Positions 51,601-59,299 of a stretch of 64,000 nt of DNA are shown in pieces. Within the stretch, counting starts at the first letter, position 1; every line of letters starts with the position of its first letter. Under the pieces are notes generated by a model. It was given only the letters and a program-made list of their open reading frames with translations. It did not search any database and was not told where the DNA came from. Origin of the DNA: a bacterium (lineage in GTDB: Bacteria; Zixibacteria; MSB-5A5; CAIYYT01); the NCBI GenBank assembly GCA_016708315.1, contig JADJGC010000024.1:26638-90637 (forward strand), read 5' to 3'. A program made the translations under genes and the position numbers.

Positions 51601-52170
51601 CAGGAAGGCAGTGTCGTTTCGAGTGATGCCAATGTCGAAATCGGCGCCGCGCTGTTGGTATTCAATGTCGGCGAGAGCTATTCAATTAGCAGCCTCACCG
51701 ATATGACAGTGTCCACGAACGAAATGAACGGACAGGTTCGGGTGCTGATCTACGACATCTCGTCCAATTCAATCGCAGCCGGTTCTACGGCGCTGCTCGA
51801 AGTGACCGGAGATGCCGAACTGGTAAGCGCTGATGTTGCCGATTACAATGGCAGCATGATGACAGCACGCCTTGAGAAGAACGTTCTGCCGACAAGCTTC
51901 GCTCTTGGCCAGAACTATCCGAATCCGTTCAATCCTGAGACGGTGATTGAATTCGCCCTGCCGAAATCGGCGAATGTGATGATTACCGTTTACAACACTA
52001 CCGGCCAAAAAGTCGCGACGGTGTTGAACAATGTCATGAGCGCAGGCCGCCATCAAGTGAGATGGGACGGCAAGGACAGCGGCGGCAACACGGTGTCCTC
52101 AGGCGTTTATCTTTACAAGTTCGAGTCCGAGGGATTCAGCGAGACCAGAAAGATGTTGCTGGTCAAGTAG
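45628..52170 (+). CDS. Giant (about 2180-aa) secreted repeat protein, a T9SS cargo. Contains a signal peptide, a DUF4114-like domain, about 17 tandem 80-aa cysteine-containing Ig/HYR-like repeats, a cohesin-like domain, a dockerin-like double Ca-binding segment and a T9SS C-terminal sorting domain.
   Basis: Start MSKQLTKLMMLVIIGMCCLTITPSVFA with GGAG 9 nt upstream. DUF4114-like block (...DTDWNDLVFKV) about 45930-46220. Repeats (consensus APVANAGNDSTLFQCTPAPICVTASCSDPNGNLSTCQLVSGPGTYNGSAICFTPAASGSYTFVLKATDACGLTDFDTSVVNVTLNQ) 46240-50640. Cohesin-like (HYEFVSVTIEGAGQEFGGFDFLMSYDNSALNFVEAKPGDML...) about 50690-51170. Dockerin-like (DLNLNGIGYEIADAVMY... DVNRDGSSLSVGDLVYLIRVVVGD) about 51340-51550. 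T9SS tail (LGQNYPNPFNPETVIEFALP...VYNTTGQKVATV...GVYLYKF) 51900-52167. Confidence 0.8.
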   Translation: MSKQLTKLMMLVIIGMCCLTITPSVFAAGGNPDLPDSVMALMNKTALTGEPSLQYIFDSLGYDINVATDETGMETFCTTPGQNLATIVIEVAGSAATARSGWYVANDTTPLYQLFSGGDDPGDSVTFSVSGGDSIGFWMKPRIAPDTNRTWYTQNYLNYDGFNHAKVFRTGVPHEFIVAFEDLPNGGDTDWNDLVFKVRFSNQAPVITLPADINVLQCSLAQICFAVNASDPDCQGDTITVTKQSGPGTFTQIKQKGPVSTNFCWTPAAAGTYQFVFKVKDELNATDFDTINVTVTLNTAPVANAGRDSTLFQCTPAPICITASCTDANSNLSTCQLVSGPGTYNGSTICFTPASSGTYTLVLKATDACGLIDYDTSVVNVTLNQAPIANAGNDSTLSQCTPAPICVTASCSDPNGNLSTCQLVSGPGTYNGSAICFTPAASGSYTFVLKATDACGLTDFDTSVVNVTLNQAPIANAGNDSTLAQCTPAPICVTASCSDPSGNLSTCQLVSGPGTYNGSAICFTPAASGSYTFVLKATDACGLTDFDTSVVNVTLNQAPIANAGNDSTLFQCTAAPICVTASCSDPNGNLSTCQLVSGPGTYNGSAICFTPAASGSYTFVLKATDACGLTDFDTSVVNVTLNQAPIANAGIDSTLFQCTAAPICVTASCSDPNGNLSTCQLVSGPGTYNGSAICFTPAASGSYTFVLKATDACGLTDFDTSVVNVTLNQAPVANAGNDSTLAQCTPAPICVTASCSDPNGNLSTCQLVSGPGTYNGSAICFTPAASGSYTFVLKATDACGLTDFDTSVVNVTLNQAPVANAGSDSTLFQCTAAPICVTASCSDPNGNLSTCQLVSGPGTYNGSAICFTPAASGSYTFVLKATDACGLTDFDTSVVNVTLNQAPVANAGNDSTLFQCTPAPICVTASCSDPNGNLSTCQLVSGPGTYNGSAICFTPAASGSYTFVLKATDACGLTDFDTSVVNVTLNQAPVANAGNDSTLFQCTPAPICVTASCSDPNGNLSTCQLVSGPGTYNGSAICFTPAGAGVFTFVLKATDACGATDFDTSVVTVSLNQPPVASMGNDSTLFQCGAAPICIPASCSDPNGNLSTCQLVSGPGSYNGSDVCFTPAGAGVFTFVLKATDACGATDFDTAVVTVALNLPPVANAGRDSTLFQCAPAQICITAGCSDPDANLTNCELTSGPGTLNGGGICFTPAASGIYTFIVKATDACGLTDFDTSVVNVTLNQAPVATVGNDSTLFQCTPAPICIAAACSDPNGNLSTCQLVSGPGTYNGSTICFTPASSGSYTLVLKATDACGLTDFDTSVVNVTLNVAPIANAGRDSTLFQCTPAPICIAASCSDANANLSTCNLISGPGTYNGSQICFTPAGAGTFTFVLQATDACGATDLDTSVVTVTTNVAPIANCHGDTTIFACSLAQICIPGFSVSDANNNITTTVVTGGTLNAGSVCLTPVVGANNIRLIVTDACGLADTCQTIVTVVLNAAPVANAGADQNLLCQTPGQSICWAASCTDPNSNLTDCSLVSGPGTYNGTQICFTPASSGTFSFVLKATDACGATDFDTAVVTVRLNNAPTASVDQGDTTIFCSETGPMQICVPFSYADMNGNVQSVSVNPAPTTLNFANGSGLFCFTPANAFDDIYSYTVTVTDSCGLIAQSTHTRWVRFIDCDTATCFIVKTEKTHNTLQGHYEFVSVTIEGAGQEFGGFDFLMSYDNSALNFVEAKPGDMLTTCGWEYFTYRYGAQGNCNGSCPSGLVRIVSVADANNGANHPSCFGPALPSPQELFVLKFLVTNDRTFECQYVPVSFFWLDCGDNAISTVTGDTLYLEKRIFSFEGNAVWDEFDDALFPEHSRPFGVGALDFCMLGDKYEPIRCIEFWIGGIDIVCADSIDAPGDLNLNGIGYEIADAVMYTNYFLYGLAALDPDPMRREAQIAASDVNRDGSSLSVGDLVYLIRVVVGDALPFNKLTPFANSVIVKQEGSVVSSDANVEIGAALLVFNVGESYSISSLTDMTVSTNEMNGQVRVLIYDISSNSIAAGSTALLEVTGDAELVSADVADYNGSMMTARLEKNVLPTSFALGQNYPNPFNPETVIEFALPKSANVMITVYNTTGQKVATVLNNVMSAGRHQVRWDGKDSGGNTVSSGVYLYKFESEGFSETRKMLLVK
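46240..50640 (+). repeat. Coding tandem-repeat array, 240-bp period, about 17 units. Units 3-10 (about 46750-48700) are nearly identical at the nucleotide level.
   Basis: The phase-locked 240-nt recurrence of gtcaatgtgac(a/t)ctcaatcaggc(a/g)cc(g/a)attgc(g/a)aatgc... was read directly. Antisense ORFs of 81-141 aa within it are artefacts of the repeat. Confidence 0.85.
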
Positions 52171-52228
52171 TATTCCGGTTGCTGGGTCTGTGCGCGAATG
52201 ACCAAGCGCGCAGATCAGGAATGAAAAA

Positions 52229-52257
52229 GCCCCGATTGTGAGATCGGGGCTTTTTTT
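52229..52257. terminator. Rho-independent terminator hairpin GCCCCGAT-tgtgag-ATCGGGGC flanked by A5 upstream and T7 downstream. Bidirectional; serves the giant gene (+) and the convergent ilvE (-).
   Basis: Read directly. Confidence 0.7.
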
Positions 52258-52326
52258 GTTGGCCGTTGTCCTAGCTATCGTTAGATCCTAGGCATTGAAT
52301 CGTTCGCTTTATTACTCGTATGACGG

Positions 52327-53223
52327 TTACTTCACCGGCACGAGCCAGTCAGCATACTTCTTGATTTTCTGATGAGTCACTTCGTCGAACACGCGGGCGA
52401 CTTCAAGCGCGATCTGATCCTTGCGGGCAAGGTTGAATTTGCGCTTCTCCAACTGCTTGACGAAGTTCACGCCGGAACCGGTGCCGGTGAAGAAGATTTC
52501 ATCCGCCTTGAGAAGTTGCTCGCGCTTGAACTTGCCTTCAGTGACCTTGAGACCAAGCTGTTCCTTCGCTAATTGCATGACCGACAAGCGCGTGATGCCG
52601 CCGAGCGGACCGCAGTCGATTGACGGCGTGAACAAATTGCCGTCTTTGGCAAAGAAGAGATTCATGATTGAGGCTTCGGAAACGTGGCCCTCGGTTGATG
52701 ACAAGATGCCGACATCATAGCCTTTCTTCTTGGCTTCGATAGCACTGAAAAATGACAACAAGTAGTTGCCGGTAAGCTTGCCGGCGAAGGTGCCGTCGGT
52801 CGGACGTTTCTGCGAGACGAAACAGCAACGATACTGGTTCGCCGAACTAAAGGGAATCGACTGAATGAAAATCGACAGACCGTAGTCGGACGGGCGCATC
52901 AAGCCGACGCCTTTTTCACTGCGGTAGACTACCGGACGGATGTAGGTATCCATCTTGACATTGTTCTTCTTGATCAATGCGGCAACGATACCGATGAATT
53001 CTTTCTCCGAGACCTTGAAATCGATGTCGAGCATCTTGGTCGAGCGGACGAGGCGCTGATAGTATTTTTCGGGACGATAGAGATACCAGTTCTTCTTGTC
53101 TTCGAGATAGTATGCCTTCATTCCCTCAAACGCTGCGGTTCCATAGTTGACAGATTGCATCATCGAGGACATGTTGTTCTGTTCGGGCGAATGGAATTTC
53201 CCATTCGTGTACATGAATTTCAT
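52327..53223 (-). CDS. ilvE: Fold-type IV aminotransferase (branched-chain amino acid aminotransferase family), last gene of the aromatic operon. May supply the terminal transamination for Phe/Tyr.
   Basis: Class IV PLP aminotransferase architecture (298 aa, ...EASETWPSVDDKMPT motif region). 4-nt spacing to aroQ. Confidence 0.65.
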   Translation of the reverse strand: MKFMYTNGKFHSPEQNNMSSMMQSVNYGTAAFEGMKAYYLEDKKNWYLYRPEKYYQRLVRSTKMLDIDFKVSEKEFIGIVAALIKKNNVKMDTYIRPVVYRSEKGVGLMRPSDYGLSIFIQSIPFSSANQYRCCFVSQKRPTDGTFAGKLTGNYLLSFFSAIEAKKKGYDVGILSSTEGHVSEASIMNLFFAKDGNLFTPSIDCGPLGGITRLSVMQLAKEQLGLKVTEGKFKREQLLKADEIFFTGTGSGVNFVKQLEKRKFNLARKDQIALEVARVFDEVTHQKIKKYADWLVPVK

Positions 53224-53226
53224 AGT

Positions 53227-53664
53227 CTATCCTTTAGCTGTATTGGCAATGTATTGAATGGCTAATTCGTATCCAGTTATGCCGAGTCCGCTGATCAAGC
53301 CCGCGCAACCGGCGGCGGTAATCGACTTGCGGCGAAACTCTTCGCGTTTGTAGATGTTGGAGATGTGGACCTCGACGACCGGGACTTCGACAGCAAGAAG
53401 CGCATCAAGAATGACAATTGAGGTGTGGCTGTAGCCGGCGGGATTCATGACGATGCCGGCGACACCTTTGCGGTATTTCTGTACGCAGTCGACGATGTCG
53501 CCTTCGGAGTTGAATTGGAAACAGTCGATTTGATAACCGAGTGACTTGCCACATTTCTTCAGCCGACGCTCCAACTCGGGTAGAGTGGTTTTGCCGTAGA
53601 CCTCGGGCTGGCGTTCGCCAAGTAGGTTAAGGTTTGGACCGTTGATAACGATAATCTTCTTCAT
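53227..53664 (-). CDS. aroQ: 3-Dehydroquinate dehydratase, type II
   Basis: MKKIIVINGPNLNLLGERQPEVYG start and HISNIYKRE motif. Confidence 0.9.
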   Translation of the reverse strand: MKKIIVINGPNLNLLGERQPEVYGKTTLPELERRLKKCGKSLGYQIDCFQFNSEGDIVDCVQKYRKGVAGIVMNPAGYSHTSIVILDALLAVEVPVVEVHISNIYKREEFRRKSITAAGCAGLISGLGITGYELAIQYIANTAKG

Positions 53665-54740
53665 GCTTCCAACATCTCTCGCGTCTGCTCATAGGCGCGC
53701 GCGAATTGGGAATAGTCTACGCTTTTCACTGTGTGCTCGCCACATCTTTTTAGCAGTACAAAATTGACGGTCGAGCCGGACTTCTTCTTATCGTGCAGAA
53801 CCCGCTCCCACAGCACCTGCGGCGTGATTTCGCTGAGAGCAAAGCGGCGATAGACTGATAGTATTGGCGATGCCACATTGTCGCAGTCCAAGCCGCTCAG
53901 ACCTGACAGCTTGCGCGACAGGGCCAACGCAACTATGATCCCGAATGCCACTGATTTGCCGTGCGAATGGCCGGTGACGGCCTCGTAGGCGTGCCCCGTC
54001 GTGTGACCAAAGTTCAGGACGCGGCGCAGGTCTTTCTCGAAGGGGTCGCGATTTACAACGTCAACTTTCAAGCGCACCGCTGCGGCAACTAAGTCGGAAA
54101 GATCGCCGCCATTAAGATAGTCATCGAGATTCGCAGTGTGCTTGTGGAATGCCTTGCTGTCACGGGCAGCGAAGATTTTGAACGCCTCTACCAAGCCATC
54201 GCGAAGTTGATTCTTCCGCAATGTTGCCAAGAATCTCTCGTCGCAAAATACGCGTTTCGGCGGATAGAATGTTCCGGCGATATTCTTGGAGCCGCCGAGA
54301 TTGATTGCCGTCTTGCCGCCAATTGCGGCATCGACCTGCCCAACCAGCGTTGTCGGGAGCGAGACATAGTCGATTCCACGCATGTAAGTTGACGCTGCGA
54401 ATCCAGCCAGATCGGTGACGACACCGCCGCCGATTGCGATCAGAAGCGATCTGCGGTCGGCGCCCTGGTCGTGAAGCCAATGCAATAGTTTTCCTGCGCT
54501 GTTGATGCTTTTCTGTTTTTCGCCGGAAGGCAGTGCGTAGAACGTTCTCTTTGACAAGGTAGATTTCAGTAAATCGCCGCCATGGAGCCGAACTACATTA
54601 GCATCGACAACAAAATGAGTTGAGCTGTGCGCTTGCGATTTAGCATAACGGGCGATCTCTTCAACGAGCCCGGTTCCGATTTCGATGCTGGTTTTGACTT
54701 GGGGTAATTGATGATTGTCTTGAGTCTCTTCACGATGCAA
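53661..54740 (-). CDS. aroB: 3-Dehydroquinate synthase
   Basis: NAD-binding GGGVVTDLAGFAASTYMRGIDYVSLPTTLV. Metal ligands H...H in FGHTTGHAYE. The track ORF is extended to 54932. A TTG at 54740 overlapping the aroK stop is the likely start, but this is uncertain. Confidence 0.82.
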   Translation of the reverse strand: MHREETQDNHQLPQVKTSIEIGTGLVEEIARYAKSQAHSSTHFVVDANVVRLHGGDLLKSTLSKRTFYALPSGEKQKSINSAGKLLHWLHDQGADRRSLLIAIGGGVVTDLAGFAASTYMRGIDYVSLPTTLVGQVDAAIGGKTAINLGGSKNIAGTFYPPKRVFCDERFLATLRKNQLRDGLVEAFKIFAARDSKAFHKHTANLDDYLNGGDLSDLVAAAVRLKVDVVNRDPFEKDLRRVLNFGHTTGHAYEAVTGHSHGKSVAFGIIVALALSRKLSGLSGLDCDNVASPILSVYRRFALSEITPQVLWERVLHDKKKSGSTVNFVLLKRCGEHTVKSVDYSQFARAYEQTREMLEA

Positions 54741-55262
54741 TCCATTCGCGATACGAGTGCAACACCAATTCGGAAACTTCCAGCGGCGACAGTCCGCTTG
54801 TATCGATTTTGTTTGTGATGGTCGCCCATACTTCGCGCCGCCGTGATTCGATTTCCGCGAGTTTGGCGACGGCATCGGTTCCTTCAAGCAAGGGGCGATC
54901 ATTGCGATACAGCAGCCGATGTGCCAATTCACCGGAAGGCGCAGTCAGAAGCACCACCAGTCCGTTTTTTTGGCAAGTGTCAAGTTCTCTGGTACCGCCA
55001 ACATCCCTCCACCAGTCGCGATGACCTGTCGATCCTGTTCGCAAAGCTCCGTCAACAAATCGTACTCGCGATCGCGAAAATACTGCTCGCCGTGACGGGC
55101 GAAAATTTCGTTGACGGTCATGTTTTCGCGGCGTTCGATTAGTGTATCGGTATCGGCAAAGACAAACCGCAGCGCGTTGGCAACTAAGCGTCCGGTGCTG
55201 GTCTTGCCGGTGCCCATCATTCCCGCGAGGAACATATTGGACTTGTCAGCGCTTCTTGACAT
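54730..55262 (-). pseudogene. aroK: Shikimate kinase, interrupted by a frameshift located in an A7 homopolymer (plus-strand T7 at 54965-54971). An A8 would give an intact 176-aa protein.
   Basis: N-terminal ORF has P-loop GMMGTGKTSTGRLVA. C-terminal ORF has VVLLTAPSGELAHRLLYRNDRPLL. With one extra A the junction reads ...PENLTLAKKNGLVVLLTAPSGE..., a normal shikimate kinase. Confidence 0.75.
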
Positions 55263-56379
55263 GCTTTAGAAAAGCCTGAAAGTTCTCGCGCGCTTCACGT
55301 ATCGAGTCGCCGCCGAATTTCTCGGACATCATATCGGCGATTGCCAGCGCAACGACTGCTTCGCAAACGACGCCTCCGGCAGGAACAATACAGATATCGG
55401 AACGAACGTATGGCGCATCGACAGTCTTCTTCGAGGTAAGATTAGTCGTCTTGAGCGGTTTGCCAAGAGTCGAGATCGGTTTGAAGAATGCGCGGATGAC
55501 GATTTCTTCACCGGTCGAAATGCCCCCGGCAATACCGCCGGAGTTGTTTGATGCTTGATAGTAGCCGCGCTTGGCGCTGTACTTGATAGGATCGTGCACT
55601 TGCGAACCGGGCAGTTCGGCGGATTTGATTCCGTCGCCGATTTCGACGCCCTTGACTGACTGCACACCCATGATTGCTGCGGCCAGACGCGTGTCGCAGC
55701 GACGATCCCACTGGGCATAGCTGCCAAGTCCGACTGGCGCGCCAGTGACGATGATCTCCGACACGCCGCCGAGCGTGTCAGATTGCTCAACGGCTGAGTC
55801 GATGGCGCGGATCATTTTGCGTTCGATGCCTTTGTCGGCGCAGCGGACAGGAGACTTTTCGATTTCCTTGAATTTCGCGGAACTGAATTTGACCGGCGTT
55901 TCATTCAGCACGCTTCCGATGCGGCGAGTGTGCGAATAGACATTGATCCCAAATGCCGCCAGGAACTGCTTGGCAACACTGCCGGCCGCAGTGCGAGCAG
56001 CAGTCTCGCGTGCAGATGAGCGTTCTATTGCTTTTTGGATGTCGTCGAAGTCGTACTTGAGTACCGCCGGCAAGTCGGCATGACCGGGACGCGGGACGAC
56101 TTTCTTTTCGCGAGTCTGGTCCTTCCAGTTTTTCCAATCGCGATTCTGAATGAAGATGCTGATTGGGCTGCCGATTGTCTCGCCATCCCAGAGTCCTGCA
56201 GTGACGAGCGCAGTATCCTGTTCTATGCGCATTCGGGCGCCGCGTCCATAGCCCATCTGGCGGCGGCGTAAATCGATAGTGATGGCATTGACATCGAGAA
56301 CAAGTCCGGCAGGGATGCCCTCGATGATTGTCGTAAGTCCCGGGCCGTGTGATTCGCCAGCAGTCAAGTATCTGATCAT
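55246..56379 (-). CDS. aroC: Chorismate synthase
   Basis: MIRYLTAGESHGPGLTTIIEGIPAG start and GGISTGE motif. Confidence 0.92.
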   Translation of the reverse strand: MIRYLTAGESHGPGLTTIIEGIPAGLVLDVNAITIDLRRRQMGYGRGARMRIEQDTALVTAGLWDGETIGSPISIFIQNRDWKNWKDQTREKKVVPRPGHADLPAVLKYDFDDIQKAIERSSARETAARTAAGSVAKQFLAAFGINVYSHTRRIGSVLNETPVKFSSAKFKEIEKSPVRCADKGIERKMIRAIDSAVEQSDTLGGVSEIIVTGAPVGLGSYAQWDRRCDTRLAAAIMGVQSVKGVEIGDGIKSAELPGSQVHDPIKYSAKRGYYQASNNSGGIAGGISTGEEIVIRAFFKPISTLGKPLKTTNLTSKKTVDAPYVRSDICIVPAGGVVCEAVVALAIADMMSEKFGGDSIREARENFQAFLKHVKKR

Positions 56380-57185
56380 CGCGACGCTCTCCTGATTACT
56401 CGCACAATGTCCTCCGGTTCTACTTCGATTCCAGTCATGATACGAAAGTTGTTTGCCGCTTGAACCGCAAGCATGTATTTGCCATCGACGTGAGTTCTTC
56501 TCTTGAAATTAGTATCTGCGTACCGCAATTCAAATATTCGCGTCAACTGCGATATAGCCGTTGAGCCAATCAGCTTCGACAGCGCAATTGGAGTACAGTT
56601 GATGCAAAGATCGCATCCAGTGTTTATCGAGGAAGCGTTATCAAGCATCTGTGACTCGTAGTGAGTAAGTCGACGTGCTCCTTGCGCCCACGCCGAGAAC
56701 GCCTTCTCACGTTCGCCCGAGCGATGATAAACCGTGACGCTGGCGGCACGTTTCGAAGCCAGATAATAGAAAACTGTTCGCGCGGAACCGCCGGAGCCGA
56801 GGATGGCAACTTCGGCGCCGTGGATGTCGCATTTGAGTTTGCCCTCTATCGTAGCGGCAATTCCGGCATAGTCGCTGTTGTAAGCGTGAAGGACGCCGCG
56901 CTTGTTGATGACGAGATTTGCCGATCCGGTGGCTTTGACGATGTTATCGCGCCGATTGATGACAGAACTGACGCTTTCCTTGAACGGTATGGTGACGTTA
57001 AACCCTGCAATCGGCAGAGTGCGGGCGCTGGTCAAGAAATCATTGAGACTTGATGGGTTGATGTCAAAACAGTTGTAAATAGCGTCGACCTTGTGGCGGT
57101 GAAACAATGCGCGATAAATCGTCGGCGACAATGAGTAGCTGATATTGCTGCCGAGAATTCCGTACACTGCAGTGTTGGGGATCAT
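56376..57185 (-). CDS. aroE: Shikimate dehydrogenase
   Basis: N-terminus VYGILGSNISYSLSPTIYRA, NADP-binding GSGGSARTV. Confidence 0.85.
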   Translation of the reverse strand: MIPNTAVYGILGSNISYSLSPTIYRALFHRHKVDAIYNCFDINPSSLNDFLTSARTLPIAGFNVTIPFKESVSSVINRRDNIVKATGSANLVINKRGVLHAYNSDYAGIAATIEGKLKCDIHGAEVAILGSGGSARTVFYYLASKRAASVTVYHRSGEREKAFSAWAQGARRLTHYESQMLDNASSINTGCDLCINCTPIALSKLIGSTAISQLTRIFELRYADTNFKRRTHVDGKYMLAVQAANNFRIMTGIEVEPEDIVRVIRRASR

Positions 57186-58451
57186 TCACGATTCCAGCGT
57201 TTTCATGAGTTCGTAAAACTCCGGCGCCGAAACGGAAATCGTATCGCCGTATTCCCCGCTCACATTTCCGGTATTGATGAGATTGATGATCTCGATCATC
57301 ATCGCAATTCTGTGATCGCCGAGGTGAGCTGCATTGCCCTTATGCGCGCCGAGACCTCCCTGAATGTGAAGCGTATCGCCGGTTAGCTCTGCGCTTCCGC
57401 CGAATGCCTTGACGACATCGACTATGGCCGTTGCGCGATCCGATTCTTTGACCCGCAATTCGCCGATGTTATGGAATGACGATTTACCTTCGGCGAACAT
57501 TGCGGCGACTGCCAAAGCCGGAACTTCGTCAATGTATCGCGCAGTGGTGATGTTTGCCGCGTCGAAACCGCGAAGCGAAGTCGATTTGACAACAAGGTCG
57601 CCAACCGGCTCGCCGTGTTGCGAACGGAGATTCTCTTGTTCAATACTCGCACCCATTCCACGCAGTATTTCGAGTGCGCCGGTGCGGGTTTCATTGAGCA
57701 GCACGTCGCGTATGATCAATTCACTGCCGGGCATCGCCAATGCGGCCACGATGAAGAACACCGCAGTCGAAATGTCGCCGGGAACGGTGTACGCAAAGCC
57801 ATCGATTCGCTTGACCGGGCTGAGAATGGAGGTTCGTCCTTCAACATCAATGTTGCAGCCAAGGTGTTTGAGCATGATCTCCGTATGATTGCGCGATTGT
57901 TCCGGTTCGGTCACCGAGGTAACGCCCTCGGCATGAAGTCCCGCGAAGAGAATCGCTGATTTTGCCTGTGCGGAAGCCACCGACGTGCTGATGTTTATAC
58001 CGTGAAGTCTACGGCCTCGTACCGTGACAGGCGGACGGTCATCGGCAGCGGCTGTTGCCAGGTCGCCGCCCATTTGCCGCAGCGGCTCTATCACGCGACG
58101 TACCGGTCGTCGGTTGAGCGAGTCATCTCCTGCCAGTCGGCAGTCGACCTTGAGACCCGCAAGTATTCCCAAACTCAATCGCAATGTTGTTCCGGAATTG
58201 CCGCAATATAAAATGGCTTCGTCTGTTCGAAGTGCTTCAAATCCGGCACTGACACACTCGACAGAGCCGTTGTCTGTTGCGGCAATCATTCCAAGCTTCT
58301 GATACAGCGCGAGCGTTGCATTGACATCGTCGCCGCGCGACAAATTGTTGAGAAGCGATTTGCCCTTTGCTAATGCGGCAAGCATGATAGCGCGGTGCGA
58401 AATCGATTTGTCGCCCCCTACTCGAATATCGCCGCGTAAGTTCTTGGTCAT
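57186..58451 (-). CDS. aroA: 3-Phosphoshikimate 1-carboxyvinyltransferase (EPSP synthase)
   Basis: GDKSISHRAIMLAALA and two-domain EPSP synthase architecture. Confidence 0.92.
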   Translation of the reverse strand: MTKNLRGDIRVGGDKSISHRAIMLAALAKGKSLLNNLSRGDDVNATLALYQKLGMIAATDNGSVECVSAGFEALRTDEAILYCGNSGTTLRLSLGILAGLKVDCRLAGDDSLNRRPVRRVIEPLRQMGGDLATAAADDRPPVTVRGRRLHGINISTSVASAQAKSAILFAGLHAEGVTSVTEPEQSRNHTEIMLKHLGCNIDVEGRTSILSPVKRIDGFAYTVPGDISTAVFFIVAALAMPGSELIIRDVLLNETRTGALEILRGMGASIEQENLRSQHGEPVGDLVVKSTSLRGFDAANITTARYIDEVPALAVAAMFAEGKSSFHNIGELRVKESDRATAIVDVVKAFGGSAELTGDTLHIQGGLGAHKGNAAHLGDHRIAMMIEIINLINTGNVSGEYGDTISVSAPEFYELMKTLES

Positions 58452-59299
58452 ATTGATTTCTGTTCTTCCTCTCCGAAGATTCGACGAAATTCCTTTTCCG
58501 CCCCGGTGTCAAGCGCTTTCTGTGCACGGTCAAGCCCGGCACGCAGTTCGGCAAGACTGGCTTGAAGATTCGCACGATTGCCCCACAACATTTGGAACAC
58601 CATTTCGGCATCCGATTTCGCAACCCGGGTAGCGCTGCGATAACTTGGACAGGCAAACGCTTCACCGTGTGCGCTGACAATTGTCTCATTTTCGAATTGC
58701 GACTTCAATAAGTATGCGAACAAATGCGGAAGATTGCTTGAAACGGCGAAAATGCGGTCGTGCTCTTCCGGGTTGATCGACAGAGATTTAGCGCCGAGGA
58801 TATCGACAAGCTCCGTCGCAAGTTCGAGAGCCTGCATTTTGGTCGTACCTGATTTGGTCGTGAAGTAGTTTGCGTTGCGAAACAAGTCGGCGTTCCACGA
58901 TTGCGCACCCCTTAGCTCCGTGCCTGCCAACGGGTGTCCGCCGACGAAGTTCGTCATCTCGCACTCGTTGGCCGCGATCACGATTTCACTCTTGAGCGAT
59001 CCGGTATCGGTTACGAGGAGTTTGTCTGACAGCGCCGTCCGATGCTTTTTCATGACACCGGCGATTTGCAGCACCGGCAAGGCGATGATCACGATCTCGG
59101 AGTTGTCGGCAACATCTTCCGTGTCGACGGCTATGACATTGACCAGACCTTGTTCGCGCGCCTGGCGACAGAGCGCATCGCTCAGATCACAGGCAGTTAT
59201 GACCAAATCCGGATTGGCTCGTTTGAGCGCAGCGGCAATCGAGCCGCCGATCTGGCCGAGTCCGACGATACCAATTTTGCAATCGCTGAGAGGCATCAC
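58448..59299 (-). CDS. tyrA: Prephenate (or arogenate) dehydrogenase
   Basis: Rossmann motif KIGIVGLGQIGGSIAAAL. TyrA family length. Confidence 0.8.
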   Translation of the reverse strand: MMPLSDCKIGIVGLGQIGGSIAAALKRANPDLVITACDLSDALCRQAREQGLVNVIAVDTEDVADNSEIVIIALPVLQIAGVMKKHRTALSDKLLVTDTGSLKSEIVIAANECEMTNFVGGHPLAGTELRGAQSWNADLFRNANYFTTKSGTTKMQALELATELVDILGAKSLSINPEEHDRIFAVSSNLPHLFAYLLKSQFENETIVSAHGEAFACPSYRSATRVAKSDAEMVFQMLWGNRANLQASLAELRAGLDRAQKALDTGAEKEFRRIFGEEEQKSI

